DNA of 64,000 nt from an uncultured Armatimonadetes bacterium (lineage in GTDB: Bacteria; Armatimonadota; Hebobacteria; Hebobacterales; Hebobacteraceae). The notes beneath the pieces are model-generated. The model searched no databases and was not told the origin of the DNA. It saw only the letters and a list, made by a program, of their open reading frames with translations. Below are positions 19,064-30,451 of this stretch, piece by piece; within the stretch, counting starts at the first letter, position 1; each line of letters starts with the position of its first letter. The stretch spans positions 4,000,001-4,064,000 of the forward strand of contig OY970296.1 of NCBI GenBank assembly GCA_963716175.1, written 5' to 3'. Made by a program: the position numbers and the translations under genes.

Positions 19064-19069
19064 GGCCCC

Positions 19070-19898
19070 GTGACCAGACTGCTGGCCGCGCTGGCCGCCG
19101 TGATGCTGGCTTCGCCGGCCGGGGCCCAGGTGACGCTGAGCTACCAGGGCCCGACGGGCCGGGTGGCGGACTATCGGTTGTCGCTCCAGGCCAGCGGCGA
19201 GCAGACCAGCCTCGGTGAGCGCCGGCCCATAGCGGTGCAGGCCGAGTTCGAGCTGCGGGAAGAGGTGGTAGCGACCGGGCCGGCCGACAGCTTTCTGCTG
19301 CATGTCCAGGCACGGCCGCTGGCGGTGAAGGACCCGACGGGTACCTTCGCCACAGGAGAGCGGAGCCGGTTCCCAGAGGTGGAGCTTCTGGTGACGCACC
19401 GGGGGGAGGTGCTGTCATCGCGGATTGGGACCGCCGGGGAAACTGGTCCGTTCGAGCGTGCCTTTGCCTCCCTGATGATGGCGCCGGGGCTGGTGGTGCT
19501 TCCTACCGGCCCGGCGGTGGTGGGAGAAGAGTGGACCTGGGAGGAAGCAGGCGCTTTCCAGCGTAGCAGGCTGCTGTCAGTGGTGGACGGAGCAGCGGGA
19601 CGCGTGGCGAAGATCGCCACCTCGGCTCGCTCACCCCTCCGGCTGGAGGAGAGGAGCGAAGCCCTCGGAGTCACCGCCCATTCTCGCGGGAGAGGAGACA
19701 GGGGCGTCCGAGTTGGAGTTGCTGCTGGACACGGGCACCACACTGCGCCACAAGGGAGAAACACACCTGACGACGAATGGTGAGATAAGCCTGCAATTGT
19801 CGCAGGGCGCCAGGAGGTTCCCGGTGAGCAGCAAGATGCGGGTCAGGTTCGACCTCAGGCTGGTGCGGGTTGACGGCCGGCCTGTGGCTCGGAAGTGA
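19070..19898 (+). CDS. Exported hypothetical beta-rich protein, frameshift near 19680
   Basis: Signal peptide in ORF 19070..19783. A plausible continuation lies in the frame of ORF 19713..19898 (LAGEETGASELELLLDTG...). Confidence 0.55.
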
Positions 19899-19916
19899 CC
19901 GGGGCGAGGCCTGCTC

Positions 19917-20711
19917 GTGGCTGGCGCGGTACCGCAAGCCCTGATCTTGGCCGGCAGGATTGTGTGCTGCGCGCTTATCGCCTTTGCTGGCGCTTACTTC
20001 ATCCTGTCCGCCTGGCTCAGCCGCAAGATCAGCAGCACGGAGGCGGGCCTGCTGCTGCTCGGGCTGCTCATCCTCCAGTTCCTGGGGGTCTCCGTCTCGC
20101 TCCAGGGCGGGCCCGGCATCCTGCTGCTGATAGTTGCCGTCCTGGGTGTTCCCGCCGGCTTCTGCCTGCTGGCCAGAAGAGCGGATCGGCGGCTGGTGAA
20201 TGCCCTGGAGGGAGCGGATATCGCCAAGTACCGGGCGGCGATGGATCTGGATCCCAGGAATGTGGCCGCGCATTCCCTGCTGGCCGACACCTATCGCCGC
20301 ACGGGGAGGCTCGAGCTCGCCATCGCCGAGTACCGGGCCGCGCTCCAGATTGACCCCAGCCTGCAGACGGAGCGCTACTGGATCCGACGACTAGAGGAGC
20401 GGCTCGAACGGCAGGGCCGGAAGCAGATGTCCTGCCCACGGTGTGGCGTGATCCGCCCGCTGGGTGCCGAGCTTTGTCCGGAGTGCGGCCGGTGGTATTC
20501 CACCATCGAGACCTCGCTGCACTCGGTGCGATTCATGAGGCCGGCCCGCAAGCTCGCCTGGGCGGGTGCGATAGGGGCGGCGCTGGTAGCTCTGGCGGAG
20601 GCGATGGCCCTGGCGCCGCGAGCGATGGGCTGGGTGGGAATGGGGGCGGTGTTCCTGGCGCCGATCGCGCTGATTGCGATCAGCGCCCGCGCCCGGCGCC
20701 GCATGGGATGA
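19917..20711 (+). CDS. Membrane protein with TPR repeat and zinc ribbon
   Basis: Three N-terminal TMs; AHSLLADTY...AIAEYRAALQIDP; CPRC...CPEC; two C-terminal TMs. Confidence 0.75.
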   Translation: MAGAVPQALILAGRIVCCALIAFAGAYFILSAWLSRKISSTEAGLLLLGLLILQFLGVSVSLQGGPGILLLIVAVLGVPAGFCLLARRADRRLVNALEGADIAKYRAAMDLDPRNVAAHSLLADTYRRTGRLELAIAEYRAALQIDPSLQTERYWIRRLEERLERQGRKQMSCPRCGVIRPLGAELCPECGRWYSTIETSLHSVRFMRPARKLAWAGAIGAALVALAEAMALAPRAMGWVGMGAVFLAPIALIAISARARRRMG

Positions 20712-20726
20712 CCTGGCTGGAGAGCC

Positions 20727-23465
20727 TTGATAGACCAAGGAGCAGACAACATGATGGGACTCGCGACCTGGGCTGCTCTCGCCCTGGGGATGGCGCTGGT
20801 GATCGCGACCGGCGCGGCCGGCGCGGCGCCTGCCAGCTCGGCCCCGGCAGTCCAACAGCGCACCCTGGACAACGGGCTGACGGTTCTGGTGCAGGAGTAT
20901 CACTCCGCGCCCCTGGTGTGCTCCTACCTCTGGTATCGAGTGGGGTTGCGCACTGAGGGGCCCGGAGAATCGGGGCTGACCCATTTCCTGGAGCACATGG
21001 CCTTCAAGGGAAGCGAGCATTACAGCGCCCGCGAGGCGGACCGTCTGGTCACCATGCGCGGGGGCTACCTCAACGGGTTCACCTCCATGGACTACACCGG
21101 CTACGTCGAGGCCCTGCCCCGGGATGCCCTGGAGCTCGCCCTCGGTATCGAGTCCGACCGGATGGCGCGCTGCCTGTTGACCGCAGACGACGTCGAATCC
21201 GAGAAAGGGGTGGTGATCTCCGAGTTCGAGGGAGCCGAGAACGACCCCTCCTTCCTGCTGCGCCGGGCGGTGATGGTGGCTCAGTTCCCGGGGGAGCCTT
21301 ACGGCCGCACCGTGATCGGCAGCAAGGATGACCTGCGCAGCCTCACCCGTGATATGGTGGTAGCCTATTATCGGCAGCACTATGCCCCGAACAATGCCAC
21401 CCTGGTGCTGGTAGGGGACATCAAGGCGGAGGAGGCGTTCGCCAAGGCCGAGCAGTTCTTCGGCCCTATCCCGCGCGCCGAAGTCTCTCCGCCCGCGCCG
21501 AACCCGGGCCGGGGCGCGACCGGCGAGAAGAGGGTCAAGCTCGAGCTGCCGGGCCGCACCTCCTATCTCCAAGCAGTGTACGAGGTGCCTCCCATCCAAC
21601 ATCCCGACCACGCGGCCTTGGAGGTGCTCCAGAACATCCTCAGCAGCGGTCGCACCAGCCGCCTCTACCGCTCCCTGGTGGACACCGAGATCGCCTCCGA
21701 CGCCGGAGGCTGGGACTACGAGAACCCCCAGACCACGGCCTTCGCATTCGAGATCTCGCTGCGGCCTGGAGTCGCCCATGACAAGGCAGAGGGAGTGCTG
21801 GACAGCGAGATCGAGAAGCTGAAGGATGATCTGGTGGCAGAGCGGGAGCTCACCAAGGCGAAGAACAAGACGAAAGCGCAGTTCGTCTACGCCAGCGATG
21901 GCGTCACCAAGCTGGGGCAGCAGCTCGGCTATTACCAGAGCATCATCGGCCACGATTACCTGCGCACCTTCCCCGGGAAAGTGGACGCGGTCACCGCCGA
22001 GGACATCCAGCGCGTGGTGCGCCGGTATTTCGGCCGCGACAACCGCACGGTGGGCTGGCTGATCGCCACCGGTGGCGAAGGGCCGGAAGGTGGCGGAGGG
22101 GCGGGAGGGGCGCCGTCCGACATCCACGGCTATCGCGCAGGCCCACCCTCGCCCTGGGCTGACGGCCCGCCCCCGCCGCCAGTGCCGGTTCCGGCCGAGC
22201 TGGGGCCGGTGACGCCAATCCGGCAGTTGCAGCTCCCCAACGGCCTGCAGGTGATCTTGCAGGAGAACCACGCCGCGCCTTTCGTCGGTATCTACGGCAA
22301 CGTCATGGCGGGCCCTGTCTTCGATCCTCCTGGCAAAGCTGGGCTGGCCGCCTTCACCGCGGAGATGCTCTCTCACGGGACGCAGAAGCGAACCTGGAGT
22401 GAGATTCAGGAGGCGCTGGAGTTCGTCGCCGCCGAGTTGGGCTTCGGCACCGGTACGCAGGTGGGCACCGTCAACGGAGAATGCCTGACGTCGGACCTGG
22501 GCCTGTTGCTCGCTGCCGCGGCGGAGCAGCTCAGCCTTCCCTCCTTCCCGCCGGAGGAGATTGAGAAGGTGCGATCCCTGCTGATCGCGGCTCAGCAGCG
22601 GCGAGACGAGGACACCTATCAGGTGGCCGAAAAGGAGCTGTTCGCGCGGCTTTACCCCGAAGGGCACCCTCTCCATGACAACGAGCTGGGGACAAAGGAG
22701 ACGGTGGGCAGCATCACGCGGGACGACCTGGTGAAGTTTCATGCCACCTACTACCGGCCGGAGAACACCATCCTGGCGATTGTCGGCGACTTTGACCCGG
22801 CCGAGGCCGCGGCGTTAGTGGAGAAGGCATTCCAGGGATGGGCCCGCCTCGGTGAGCCGGTGCGGCCAAAGCTCCCCCAGATCCCGGTCCCGGCCAAGGC
22901 CGAGCTGGTGCGGGTGCCGGTTCCGAATAAGACCCAGGTGGACATCACCATCGGCTTCCCGGGCGTCAGCCGGCGGGATCCCGACTACTACCAGGCCGAT
23001 CTGATGAACTACCTGTTGGGCCGGGGCGGATTCATGAGCCGCCTCAACCTCGACATCCGGGAGAAGCTGGGCCTTGTCTACTATGTCTGGAGCAACTACC
23101 TGGCCTACTGGGGCCCCGGGCCGTGGGTGCTGCACATGGGCGTGAACCCGGCGAACGCCGACAAGGCCCTGGCCGCGGCCGTGGAAGACATCAAGCAGAT
23201 GCAGCAGGCACCCCCCTCCGAGCAGGAGCTGAACCTGTGGAAGGACTACGTGGAGGGCACCGTGGCGCGGCAGATGGAAACCTTCGGAGGCATCGCGCAG
23301 AACCTGGTGCTCTCCTCGTTCTATGAGCTCGGCCCCTACTTCCCCTACCAGTATCCTCGCATCCTCCGCGCCATCACGCCGGAGCAGGTGCTGGAGGCGG
23401 CGAAGGAGCGGCTGCACCCGGAAGGCTATGTGGCGGTGATGGCCGGGCCGGTGGAGGGGAAGTAG
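20727..23465 (+). CDS. M16 family zinc peptidase (two-half fusion, exported)
   Basis: HFLEH inverted zinc motif in the N-half; inactive second half; Gly/Pro linker; signal peptide. True start may be ~20751. Confidence 0.9.
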   Translation: MIDQGADNMMGLATWAALALGMALVIATGAAGAAPASSAPAVQQRTLDNGLTVLVQEYHSAPLVCSYLWYRVGLRTEGPGESGLTHFLEHMAFKGSEHYSAREADRLVTMRGGYLNGFTSMDYTGYVEALPRDALELALGIESDRMARCLLTADDVESEKGVVISEFEGAENDPSFLLRRAVMVAQFPGEPYGRTVIGSKDDLRSLTRDMVVAYYRQHYAPNNATLVLVGDIKAEEAFAKAEQFFGPIPRAEVSPPAPNPGRGATGEKRVKLELPGRTSYLQAVYEVPPIQHPDHAALEVLQNILSSGRTSRLYRSLVDTEIASDAGGWDYENPQTTAFAFEISLRPGVAHDKAEGVLDSEIEKLKDDLVAERELTKAKNKTKAQFVYASDGVTKLGQQLGYYQSIIGHDYLRTFPGKVDAVTAEDIQRVVRRYFGRDNRTVGWLIATGGEGPEGGGGAGGAPSDIHGYRAGPPSPWADGPPPPPVPVPAELGPVTPIRQLQLPNGLQVILQENHAAPFVGIYGNVMAGPVFDPPGKAGLAAFTAEMLSHGTQKRTWSEIQEALEFVAAELGFGTGTQVGTVNGECLTSDLGLLLAAAAEQLSLPSFPPEEIEKVRSLLIAAQQRRDEDTYQVAEKELFARLYPEGHPLHDNELGTKETVGSITRDDLVKFHATYYRPENTILAIVGDFDPAEAAALVEKAFQGWARLGEPVRPKLPQIPVPAKAELVRVPVPNKTQVDITIGFPGVSRRDPDYYQADLMNYLLGRGGFMSRLNLDIREKLGLVYYVWSNYLAYWGPGPWVLHMGVNPANADKALAAAVEDIKQMQQAPPSEQELNLWKDYVEGTVARQMETFGGIAQNLVLSSFYELGPYFPYQYPRILRAITPEQVLEAAKERLHPEGYVAVMAGPVEGK

Positions 23466-23513
23466 GGCAGGTTCCCAACCTGCCGTCGCCGACGCGAGCG
23501 GGCCCGCTCTCGT

Positions 23514-24749
23514 TCAGACGATCTGGCCTTGCTCCTGCAGCGCCTGGCGCAACTCGTCGGCCGGCACTGCCCGCGGCGGGATCCCTCGCCTAAGGGCCAT
23601 GGCGGCCGCCAGACCGGCGGCTTCGCCCATGGCGAAGCACTGCGGCATCACGCGAAGGGAGGCCTGCGCCTCGTGGGTGGCGGAGACACAGCGGCCGGCG
23701 ACGAGGAGATTGTCCAGGCCGAGCGGCAGCAGGCAGCGATAGGGAATCTCGTAGTAGTCCCCCTCCGGGACCTCTCGGATCACTGTACCGGACCCGACCG
23801 GGCTGTGGATATCCACGGGGTAGTTGCTGCGCGCGATGCCGTCGGCGAACTTGCGCGCCTGGAGCACGTCATCTGCGGTGAGGGTGTAGTCACCGCGGAT
23901 GCGCCGGCTCTCTCGCACTCCGATCTGGGCGCCGGACTGCTCCAGGTAGGCGCGCTCGAAGCCGGGCACTCTTGCCACCAGGAAGTGAGCCAGCTCGTGC
24001 GCCTGGCGGCGCCCCTCGATCTCGGCCGCGCTCAAGTCCTCGGCGCTGGCGCCGCTCAGGCCGACAACGCGGGTGGTGTTGAAGTGGATCACTCCGGGGC
24101 GGACGGTGTAGAAGAACAGCACGTTGTCGCGGGGCTGATGCAGGCGCCCCTCGGCCTTGGCCTGGTCGAACAGGCGGTTGATCTCCGGCCGCGGCGGCAT
24201 CAGGTCAATGTCAACATTCGCCATCCGGAAGTTGAGGGTCATGGGCTGGGTGAGGCTATCCTCCTGGCGGCCGTGATCACAGGGCACTCCCGCCCGAAAC
24301 GCGAGGTCGGCGTCACCCGTGCAGTCAAGGTAGATATCGGCCGACCACTGCTCGGACCCGGACTTGCTTTCACTGCGCACGGAAGAAATGCGCGGCCCCT
24401 CCCTCACCACCTCCGCGCAGCAGGTGTGAAAGCGTAGCCGCACGCCCGCCTCTTGGCACAGCTCGTCTGCCACCAGCTTGAGCACCTCCGGGTCGAAGGC
24501 GGTGGGCTCCTGGTCGCACCCGTAGCCCCCAAGGGCCCGCATCCGATCCAACGTCTCCCGGAAGATTCCCGCCACCAGGGGCCTGCCGGCCGCGTGCCAG
24601 GGCATGAAGGGGTTGACCAGGCCCGCGGTGGCCATTCCGCCCAGGAAGCCATAACGCTCCATGAGGAGGGTATCCGCTCCCTGGCGCGCGGCGGATACCG
24701 CTGCCGCCAGGCCGGCGGGCCCGCCTCCAGCGACCAAGACTTGTGACAT
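23514..24749 (-). CDS. FAD-dependent oxidoreductase
   Basis: VLVAGGGPAG, DCTGDADLA, GVRESRRI, YEIPYRCL, LLVAGRC. Confidence 0.9.
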   Translation of the reverse strand: MSQVLVAGGGPAGLAAAVSAARQGADTLLMERYGFLGGMATAGLVNPFMPWHAAGRPLVAGIFRETLDRMRALGGYGCDQEPTAFDPEVLKLVADELCQEAGVRLRFHTCCAEVVREGPRISSVRSESKSGSEQWSADIYLDCTGDADLAFRAGVPCDHGRQEDSLTQPMTLNFRMANVDIDLMPPRPEINRLFDQAKAEGRLHQPRDNVLFFYTVRPGVIHFNTTRVVGLSGASAEDLSAAEIEGRRQAHELAHFLVARVPGFERAYLEQSGAQIGVRESRRIRGDYTLTADDVLQARKFADGIARSNYPVDIHSPVGSGTVIREVPEGDYYEIPYRCLLPLGLDNLLVAGRCVSATHEAQASLRVMPQCFAMGEAAGLAAAMALRRGIPPRAVPADELRQALQEQGQIV

Positions 24750-24811
24750 AGCCCGATCTCCTCAGAGCGAGCGAGTAGGGGCAGGTCCGCGACCTGCCCC
24801 GCCCTACAGCA

Positions 24812-25972
24812 TCAGGCTTTCTGCTGGAGCTGGCAGGAGCAGAGATACTGGCCGTAATAGCTGCCGAAGAAGTAGGCCACTGCGGTGACCAGTAGCACCA
24901 TCACCAGCCAGTAGGCGGCGGTCTGCTTCCACCCCGCGACCCGGCTGACCAGCAGCAGGCCGGGCAGGCTCAGGCCCGGTCCACCCAGCAGGATCGCCAG
25001 CGCCGGCCCCACTGCCACGTACTTGATCAACAGGCCCTTGGTGAATGCCACTTCGGTCAGCATCGGGAAGTACATGAGCGTGCCGAACAGCGCCGATAGG
25101 AACACCGGCAGCAGGCGATTGCCCTCCGGGTGACCGAAGGCCAGCCGGCCCTGCTCGGCCGCGGTGGGCATGATCCAGCGCAGCGGAATATGGCTCACCA
25201 CCAGGGCGATGACGATCACCGAGACCAGGAACAGGGGCACGATCATGCGCAGCAGGAGGTAGGTCTGTCTCCCCCACTCCATGGTCTCCTCTCTGCCGAA
25301 CCAGCGCAGCGCAAGCCAGGCACAGGCGCCCAGGGCGAGGATAACGGCCAGCAGTAGCAGATACTGGGGAGCGCCCTTCCCCAGGCTCGGCACCGAGCTC
25401 AGGCTCGCGCCCACCACCAGGATCAGGATCAGAGCCCCGAAGAGAATCCCACCCCGGGTGGCGTGGCCCGGAGGAGGATCGGCCAGGGCCAGGGCGGCGA
25501 CGTTGTGGATCTCTTGCTGCCGCTCCCACTCCTGATGCCGGAACAGCACCGCCATAGCTGCGCCCACCGCCACGGCGATGATAGGCACGGAGAAGAAGCG
25601 CCAGAGGGCCAGCTTCCACCCGATCACCTGGTAAGTGAACACGGTGTTCACGATGTGGATGGCCGGCGCCGCGAAGACAAAGCAGAAAGCGGGCCCGATG
25701 CCCGCGCCCCGGCGCAGGATTCCGGCGAAGATGGGCACGACATTGCAGGAGCAGACGGTGAGCACGTTGCCCGAGAAGGCTGACACCCCGTAGGAAAGGA
25801 CGCGGTTAGCCTTCGCCCCCAGGTACTTCATCACCGCCTGGCTCGGAACGAAGACCACCAGCGCGCCTGCGACCAGGAAAGCGGGCAGGACGATGGTGAC
25901 GGCTTTCAGCGTGAAGATGCAGCACGTGAACAGATTCACGGCCTGGCCCAGTGTTTCCACGTGGCCCTCCAA
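24812..25972 (-). CDS. Predicted permease (ArsP/DUF318 family)
   Basis: Multi-TM; TVCSCNVVP; LMYFPMLTEV; GPALAILLGGPGLSLP. Confidence 0.8.
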   Translation of the reverse strand: MEGHVETLGQAVNLFTCCIFTLKAVTIVLPAFLVAGALVVFVPSQAVMKYLGAKANRVLSYGVSAFSGNVLTVCSCNVVPIFAGILRRGAGIGPAFCFVFAAPAIHIVNTVFTYQVIGWKLALWRFFSVPIIAVAVGAAMAVLFRHQEWERQQEIHNVAALALADPPPGHATRGGILFGALILILVVGASLSSVPSLGKGAPQYLLLLAVILALGACAWLALRWFGREETMEWGRQTYLLLRMIVPLFLVSVIVIALVVSHIPLRWIMPTAAEQGRLAFGHPEGNRLLPVFLSALFGTLMYFPMLTEVAFTKGLLIKYVAVGPALAILLGGPGLSLPGLLLVSRVAGWKQTAAYWLVMVLLVTAVAYFFGSYYGQYLCSCQLQQKA

Positions 25973-26080
25973 CTAGCTGGTACAGACAGAAACCACCCTG
26001 CGCGGCTGGCCCTTGTCAGCCATTCTACAGCTTAGGCCGCCGCTATGAAAGAAGCATGACGGAAGCAGGGCGCTTTGGCG

Positions 26081-28555
26081 TCAGACCGTGGGAGTGGTGC
26101 CGCGGGCCGCGGGCTCTGCCTCGACCGGCACTAGCAGCCTGGGCACCAGCTTGCCCTCCTCCACGTCCAGCACCACGGTGTCGCCGTCCCGGAACTCGCC
26201 CTGAAGGATACCGCGGGCGATGGGGTTCTCCACCAGGCGCTGCACCGTGCGCCGCAGGGGCCGGGCGCCGTACTCGGGGTCGAAACCCTGGGTGGCGAGC
26301 AGGCCGCGCGCAGCCTCGGTCACCTCCAGCTTCATCTTCTTCTCGGCGAGCTGGGCCCGCACCCGGTTCAGCATCAGGTCCACGATGGCCTCGATCTGCT
26401 GCTTGCTCAGCGGCTCGAACACGATCACCTCGTCGATGCGGTTCAGCAGCTCCGGCCGGAAGGTCCGCCTCAGCTCAGAGAGCATCTGCTCCCGGGTCCG
26501 CGCGAAGTCCGCGGCCTCCCCCGGACCGAAGCCCATGCGCGCCGACCTGACGTGCTGGCCTCCCAGGTTGCTGGTCAGGATGATGACGGTGTTCTTGAAG
26601 TCCACCACCCGGCCCCCCGCGTCGGTCAGTCGCCCATCCTCCAGCATCTGGAGCAGCATGTTGAAGACGTCCGGGTGCGCCTTCTCGATCTCGTCGAATA
26701 GGACCACCCGATAGGGCCGGCGGCGCACCGCCTCGGTCAACTGGCCGCCCTCCTCATATCCCACGTAGCCGGGGGGGGCGCCCACCAGCCGGGACACCGC
26801 GAACCGCTCCATGTACTCCGACATGTCGAGCCGGACCATCGCCTCTTCGTCGTCGAACAGAAACTCGGCCAGCGCTCTCGCCAGCTCCGTCTTGCCCACC
26901 CCGGTCGGGCCCAGGAAGACGAACGACCCGATGGGCCGCTTGGGGTCCTTGAGCCCGGCGCGGGCCCGGCGGACGCTCTCGGCGACGGCGTGGACGGCTT
27001 CCTCCTGTCCCACCACGCGGCGGTGCAGTTGCTCCTCCATACGCAGCAGCTTCTCGCTCTCCCCCTCGAACATGCGCGCCACGGGCACCCCGGTCCAGGA
27101 GGCCACGATCTGCGCGATGTCCTCCTCGCTCACCCGCGAATCGCGCACCCCGGCCTCCGCCTCCCACTTCTGCTGGCGCTGATCGAGGTCGGCGCGCAGC
27201 ACCTCGATCTCCTGCTTGAACTTGGCCGCGGCCTCGTAGTCCTGCCGCAGCGCCGCCGCCTCCCGCTGCTCCTCCAGCCGGCCGATCTCCGCCTCCAAGT
27301 GGTTGATGTCCGGCGGTGCCATCACGGCCTTGAGGTGCTCCCTCGACCCCGCCTCGTCTATCAGATCAATCGCCTTGTCCGGCAAGAAACGATCCGTGAT
27401 GTAGCGACTGGAGAGACGGGCCGCGGACTCCAGGGCCTGATCGTCATACTGCACCTGATGGTGCTGCTCGTAGCGCTCGCGCAGCCCCTTCAGGATCTGG
27501 ATGGTCTCCTCCACGCTGGGCTCCTCCACGTACACGGGAGCGAACCTGCGCTCCAGCGCGGCGTCCTTCTCGATGTGCTTGCGATACTCGTCCAGGGTGG
27601 TGGCCCCGATGCACTGCAGCTCGCCTCGCGCCAGCGCGGGCTTGAGCATGTTGGAGGCGTCAATCGCTCCCTCCGCCGCGCCCGCGCCCACCACGGTGTG
27701 CAGCTCGTCTATGAACAGGATGATCTGCCCCTGGGCCTTGCGGATCTCGTCCATCACCGTCTTCAGCCGCTCCTCGAACTCGCCGCGGAACTTCGATCCC
27801 GCCACCATGGCGCCCAGATCGAGCGCGATCACCCGCTTGTTCTTGATGGTGCGGGGCACCTCGCCCGAGACGATCTTCTGCGCCAGCCCCTCCACCACCG
27901 CGGTCTTGCCCACCCCGGGATCGCCGATCAACACCGGGTTGTTCTTGGTGCGTCGGCTCAACACCTGGATCACCCGCTGGATCTCCGCCTCTCGGCCGAT
28001 CACGGGGTCGAGCTTGTGCTGCTTCGCCAACTCCGTGAGGTCGCGGCTGTAGCGCTCCAGGGCCTGATAGCGCCCCTCGGCTCCCTGGTCACGCACGCTC
28101 TGGCCGCCCCTGATTCCCACCAGGGCGCGCTGTATCCCCTCCGCAGTAACACCGTGCGCTCCCAGGATGCGGGCCGCCTCCGAGTTGCCCTGCGCCAGGA
28201 TCGCCAGCAGCAAGTGCTCGACCGCGATCAAGCTATCGCCCATCCGCTGGGCCTGGTCCCAGGCGGTCCGCTCCAGGATCTCCAACAGCCCAGGGGTGAC
28301 ATAGAGCTGCTCGGTGCCTCCGCCCTGGCTGGTCACCTTGGGGCCCCGGCTCAAGGCCGCCTCCAGCTCGCGCTTCACGGCCGCGGGATCGCCGCCGCTC
28401 CGCTCGATGATCTGGTTGGCCAGGCCATCGGTCGCCTCCAGCAGCGCCAGCAGCACATGCTCCACATCCACCTGCGAGTGCTGATAGCGCCGCATCATCT
28501 GCTGGCTGGCGATCAGCACATGCTTTGCCCGATCAGTGAACCTGTTCACATCCAT
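26081..28555 (-). CDS. clpC: Clp/Hsp100 ATPase, ClpC-type
   Basis: Double Clp-N domain; two Walker A motifs ([16 protein letters not shown]); short UVR-like middle domain ([13 protein letters not shown]); MGF ClpP-docking loop. Confidence 0.85.
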   Translation of the reverse strand: MDVNRFTDRAKHVLIASQQMMRRYQHSQVDVEHVLLALLEATDGLANQIIERSGGDPAAVKRELEAALSRGPKVTSQGGGTEQLYVTPGLLEILERTAWDQAQRMGDSLIAVEHLLLAILAQGNSEAARILGAHGVTAEGIQRALVGIRGGQSVRDQGAEGRYQALERYSRDLTELAKQHKLDPVIGREAEIQRVIQVLSRRTKNNPVLIGDPGVGKTAVVEGLAQKIVSGEVPRTIKNKRVIALDLGAMVAGSKFRGEFEERLKTVMDEIRKAQGQIILFIDELHTVVGAGAAEGAIDASNMLKPALARGELQCIGATTLDEYRKHIEKDAALERRFAPVYVEEPSVEETIQILKGLRERYEQHHQVQYDDQALESAARLSSRYITDRFLPDKAIDLIDEAGSREHLKAVMAPPDINHLEAEIGRLEEQREAAALRQDYEAAAKFKQEIEVLRADLDQRQQKWEAEAGVRDSRVSEEDIAQIVASWTGVPVARMFEGESEKLLRMEEQLHRRVVGQEEAVHAVAESVRRARAGLKDPKRPIGSFVFLGPTGVGKTELARALAEFLFDDEEAMVRLDMSEYMERFAVSRLVGAPPGYVGYEEGGQLTEAVRRRPYRVVLFDEIEKAHPDVFNMLLQMLEDGRLTDAGGRVVDFKNTVIILTSNLGGQHVRSARMGFGPGEAADFARTREQMLSELRRTFRPELLNRIDEVIVFEPLSKQQIEAIVDLMLNRVRAQLAEKKMKLEVTEAARGLLATQGFDPEYGARPLRRTVQRLVENPIARGILQGEFRDGDTVVLDVEEGKLVPRLLVPVEAEPAARGTTPTV

Positions 28556-28599
28556 CTCACTCGCTCCAATTTCGCGGGAACCCTGTTGGCGCCAGGCGG

Positions 28600-28962
28600 T
28601 TACTCCCGTCCCACCGCCCCGCTGGCCGTCGTCCGCCGCAGCCGATCCATCTCCCGCTCCATCTGCTCTTGCCGCCGCGCCATCTCGCGCTGCAGCTCCT
28701 CTCTCATCGCCTCCATGCGCCCCAGCAGATCCAACACCATCTCCACACCGGCCAGGTTCAGCCCGGCCTGGGTCAGCCGCTGAATCTGCCGCAGACGCTC
28801 GATATCCTCGTCCGAATAGAGGCGCGAGTTATTCCCTGTCCGGGCCGGTTTCACCAGCCCCACGCGTTCATATAGCCTCAGCGTCTGGGGATGCACGGCC
28901 ACCAGCTTCGCTGCCACGCTGATCACGTATACGGGTTCACGCCATTCTCGTCTCATTCCCAT
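28600..28962 (-). CDS. hspR: HspR-like MerR-family heat-shock repressor
   Basis: [27 protein letters not shown]...GLNLAGV; position after dnaJ. Confidence 0.88.
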   Translation of the reverse strand: MGMRREWREPVYVISVAAKLVAVHPQTLRLYERVGLVKPARTGNNSRLYSDEDIERLRQIQRLTQAGLNLAGVEMVLDLLGRMEAMREELQREMARRQEQMEREMDRLRRTTASGAVGRE

Positions 28963-28983
28963 CGCCTCCTCCCCCGGCCGGCA

Positions 28984-29940
28984 TCAGGCGCGAAGGTGGG
29001 CGCGCGGGCTCTCCTGGCGCAGATCGCCCAGCCGCGCAATCAGAGCCCTCTCCTCATCGGTCAGATTCTTTGGCACCACGACGCGAGGCTGCACGTAGAG
29101 GTCGCCCCGGCCGCCGCCTTTCGCTCGCGGCATGCCCTTGCCTGCCAGCCGCAGGCGTTGACCGCCCGAGGTGCCGGCAGGCAGCTTCATCTTGACTCTC
29201 CCCTCCAGAGTCGGCACCTCGATCTCGCCCCCCAGGGCGGCCTCGGTGTAGGTCACCGGGATCTCGCACTCGAGGTCGTCGCCGCGGCGCCTGAACACGG
29301 GGTGGGGGGCGATCTTGGGGATGAGGTAGAGATCGCCTCCGGCCACGCCCTGCCCGGCGAGGCGGATGCGGGACCCGGTGTGCACCCCCGGCGGGATCCG
29401 CACCTCTAGCCGCTTGGGATACTCCGTCCGCCCACTTCCACCACAGGTGGCGCAGAGGGCGCCGCCTCCCAGCAAGCCCGCGCCCTGACAGCGCGGGCAC
29501 GTCTGGGGTAGGGAGAGAGTGATCTCCCGCGTCACCCCTCTCGCCGCCTCCTCCAGCGTCAGCTCGATCTCGAACCGGAGATCCTGGCCCCGCGCCCCGC
29601 GGCCCCGCGGCCCGCCCCGACCCCCGAGCAACTCCTCCAGCAGATCGTCCAGGTTGCCGAAGTTGGCAGACCAGGTATAGCCCCCCGGCGCGCCTGCCCC
29701 GGGCTGGGCCCACATCTCTCCGGCGTGCCCAAACTGATCGTACTTCTGCCGCTTCTCCGGATGGCCCAGGACCTGATAGGCCTCGCTGATCTCCTTGAAC
29801 CTGGCCTCGGCCTGCTTGTTCCCCGGGTTGACGTCGGGATGGTGCTTGCGCGCCAGCCGGCGGAACGCGCGCTTGATCTCCTTCTCATCCGCGTCCCGGC
29901 TCACTCCCAATATGTCGTAGTAGTCCCGCTTCGGCGGCAT
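28984..29940 (-). CDS. dnaJ: DnaJ/CbpA-type co-chaperone
   Basis: J-domain with HPD; only two CxxCxGxG repeats; DnaJ C-terminal domain. Confidence 0.88.
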   Translation of the reverse strand: MPPKRDYYDILGVSRDADEKEIKRAFRRLARKHHPDVNPGNKQAEARFKEISEAYQVLGHPEKRQKYDQFGHAGEMWAQPGAGAPGGYTWSANFGNLDDLLEELLGGRGGPRGRGARGQDLRFEIELTLEEAARGVTREITLSLPQTCPRCQGAGLLGGGALCATCGGSGRTEYPKRLEVRIPPGVHTGSRIRLAGQGVAGGDLYLIPKIAPHPVFRRRGDDLECEIPVTYTEAALGGEIEVPTLEGRVKMKLPAGTSGGQRLRLAGKGMPRAKGGGRGDLYVQPRVVVPKNLTDEERALIARLGDLRQESPRAHLRA

Positions 29941-29962
29941 CTGCTCTCACCTCAGCTGGCGC

Positions 29963-30385
29963 TCATCCCACCTCTACCCGCACCCGGCCCGGGCCACCGG
30001 CAGCGGCCTTCGGGATAGTGATCTCGAGCACGCCGTCCCGGTAGCTGGCCTGCGCCTTGGCTGGCTCGATGGGCACACCAATGCGGAAGGCCCGGCGGAA
30101 AGGACCCGCCGGCCGCTCCAGCCGCAAGTCCCGCGTCCCCTTCACGCGGCTCCGCCACCCTTGCAAGATGAGGCCGTTGGCCTCCACCTGGAGCTCCATG
30201 TCCTCCCGCCTCACCCCCGGCAAGTCCATCACCAGCACGAGTGCATCCTCCCGCTCGTGGATATCCACCTGGGGCGCCCAGGGAAGCTCATCGGGGGCGC
30301 CGGGGCGCCCCCGCGGCCCCAGGCCAATCCGGCTCAGCTCGTCCCGCAGCCGGGCCATCTCGCCATACCTATCCCAGATGCTCAT
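29963..30385 (-). CDS. Hsp20/alpha-crystallin small heat-shock protein
   Basis: WAPQVDIHE...DLPGV...ASYRDGVLEITIPK. Confidence 0.9.
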   Translation of the reverse strand: MSIWDRYGEMARLRDELSRIGLGPRGRPGAPDELPWAPQVDIHEREDALVLVMDLPGVRREDMELQVEANGLILQGWRSRVKGTRDLRLERPAGPFRRAFRIGVPIEPAKAQASYRDGVLEITIPKAAAGGPGRVRVEVG

Positions 30386-30451
30386 GCTGAGTCACCTCCG
30401 GCCCGGCCTCTGCGTCTCCGCGGGTTACGCCGTCCGGCGAAGCTCACCAGC

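Noticed and set aside
20391-22742. Long antisense ORFs (e.g. 4779..6581, 20391..22742, 26990..28783, 47547..49235)
   Set aside because: Shadow ORFs opposite well-supported genes, as expected in high-GC DNA; no recognisable motifs.
24775-24814. Possible selenocysteine read-through of the permease (TGA followed by TGC TGT and a hairpin)
   Set aside because: The hairpin is a GTAG REP. Read-through would run out of frame into the next gene, and the TGA is not at a recognisable conserved Cys position.
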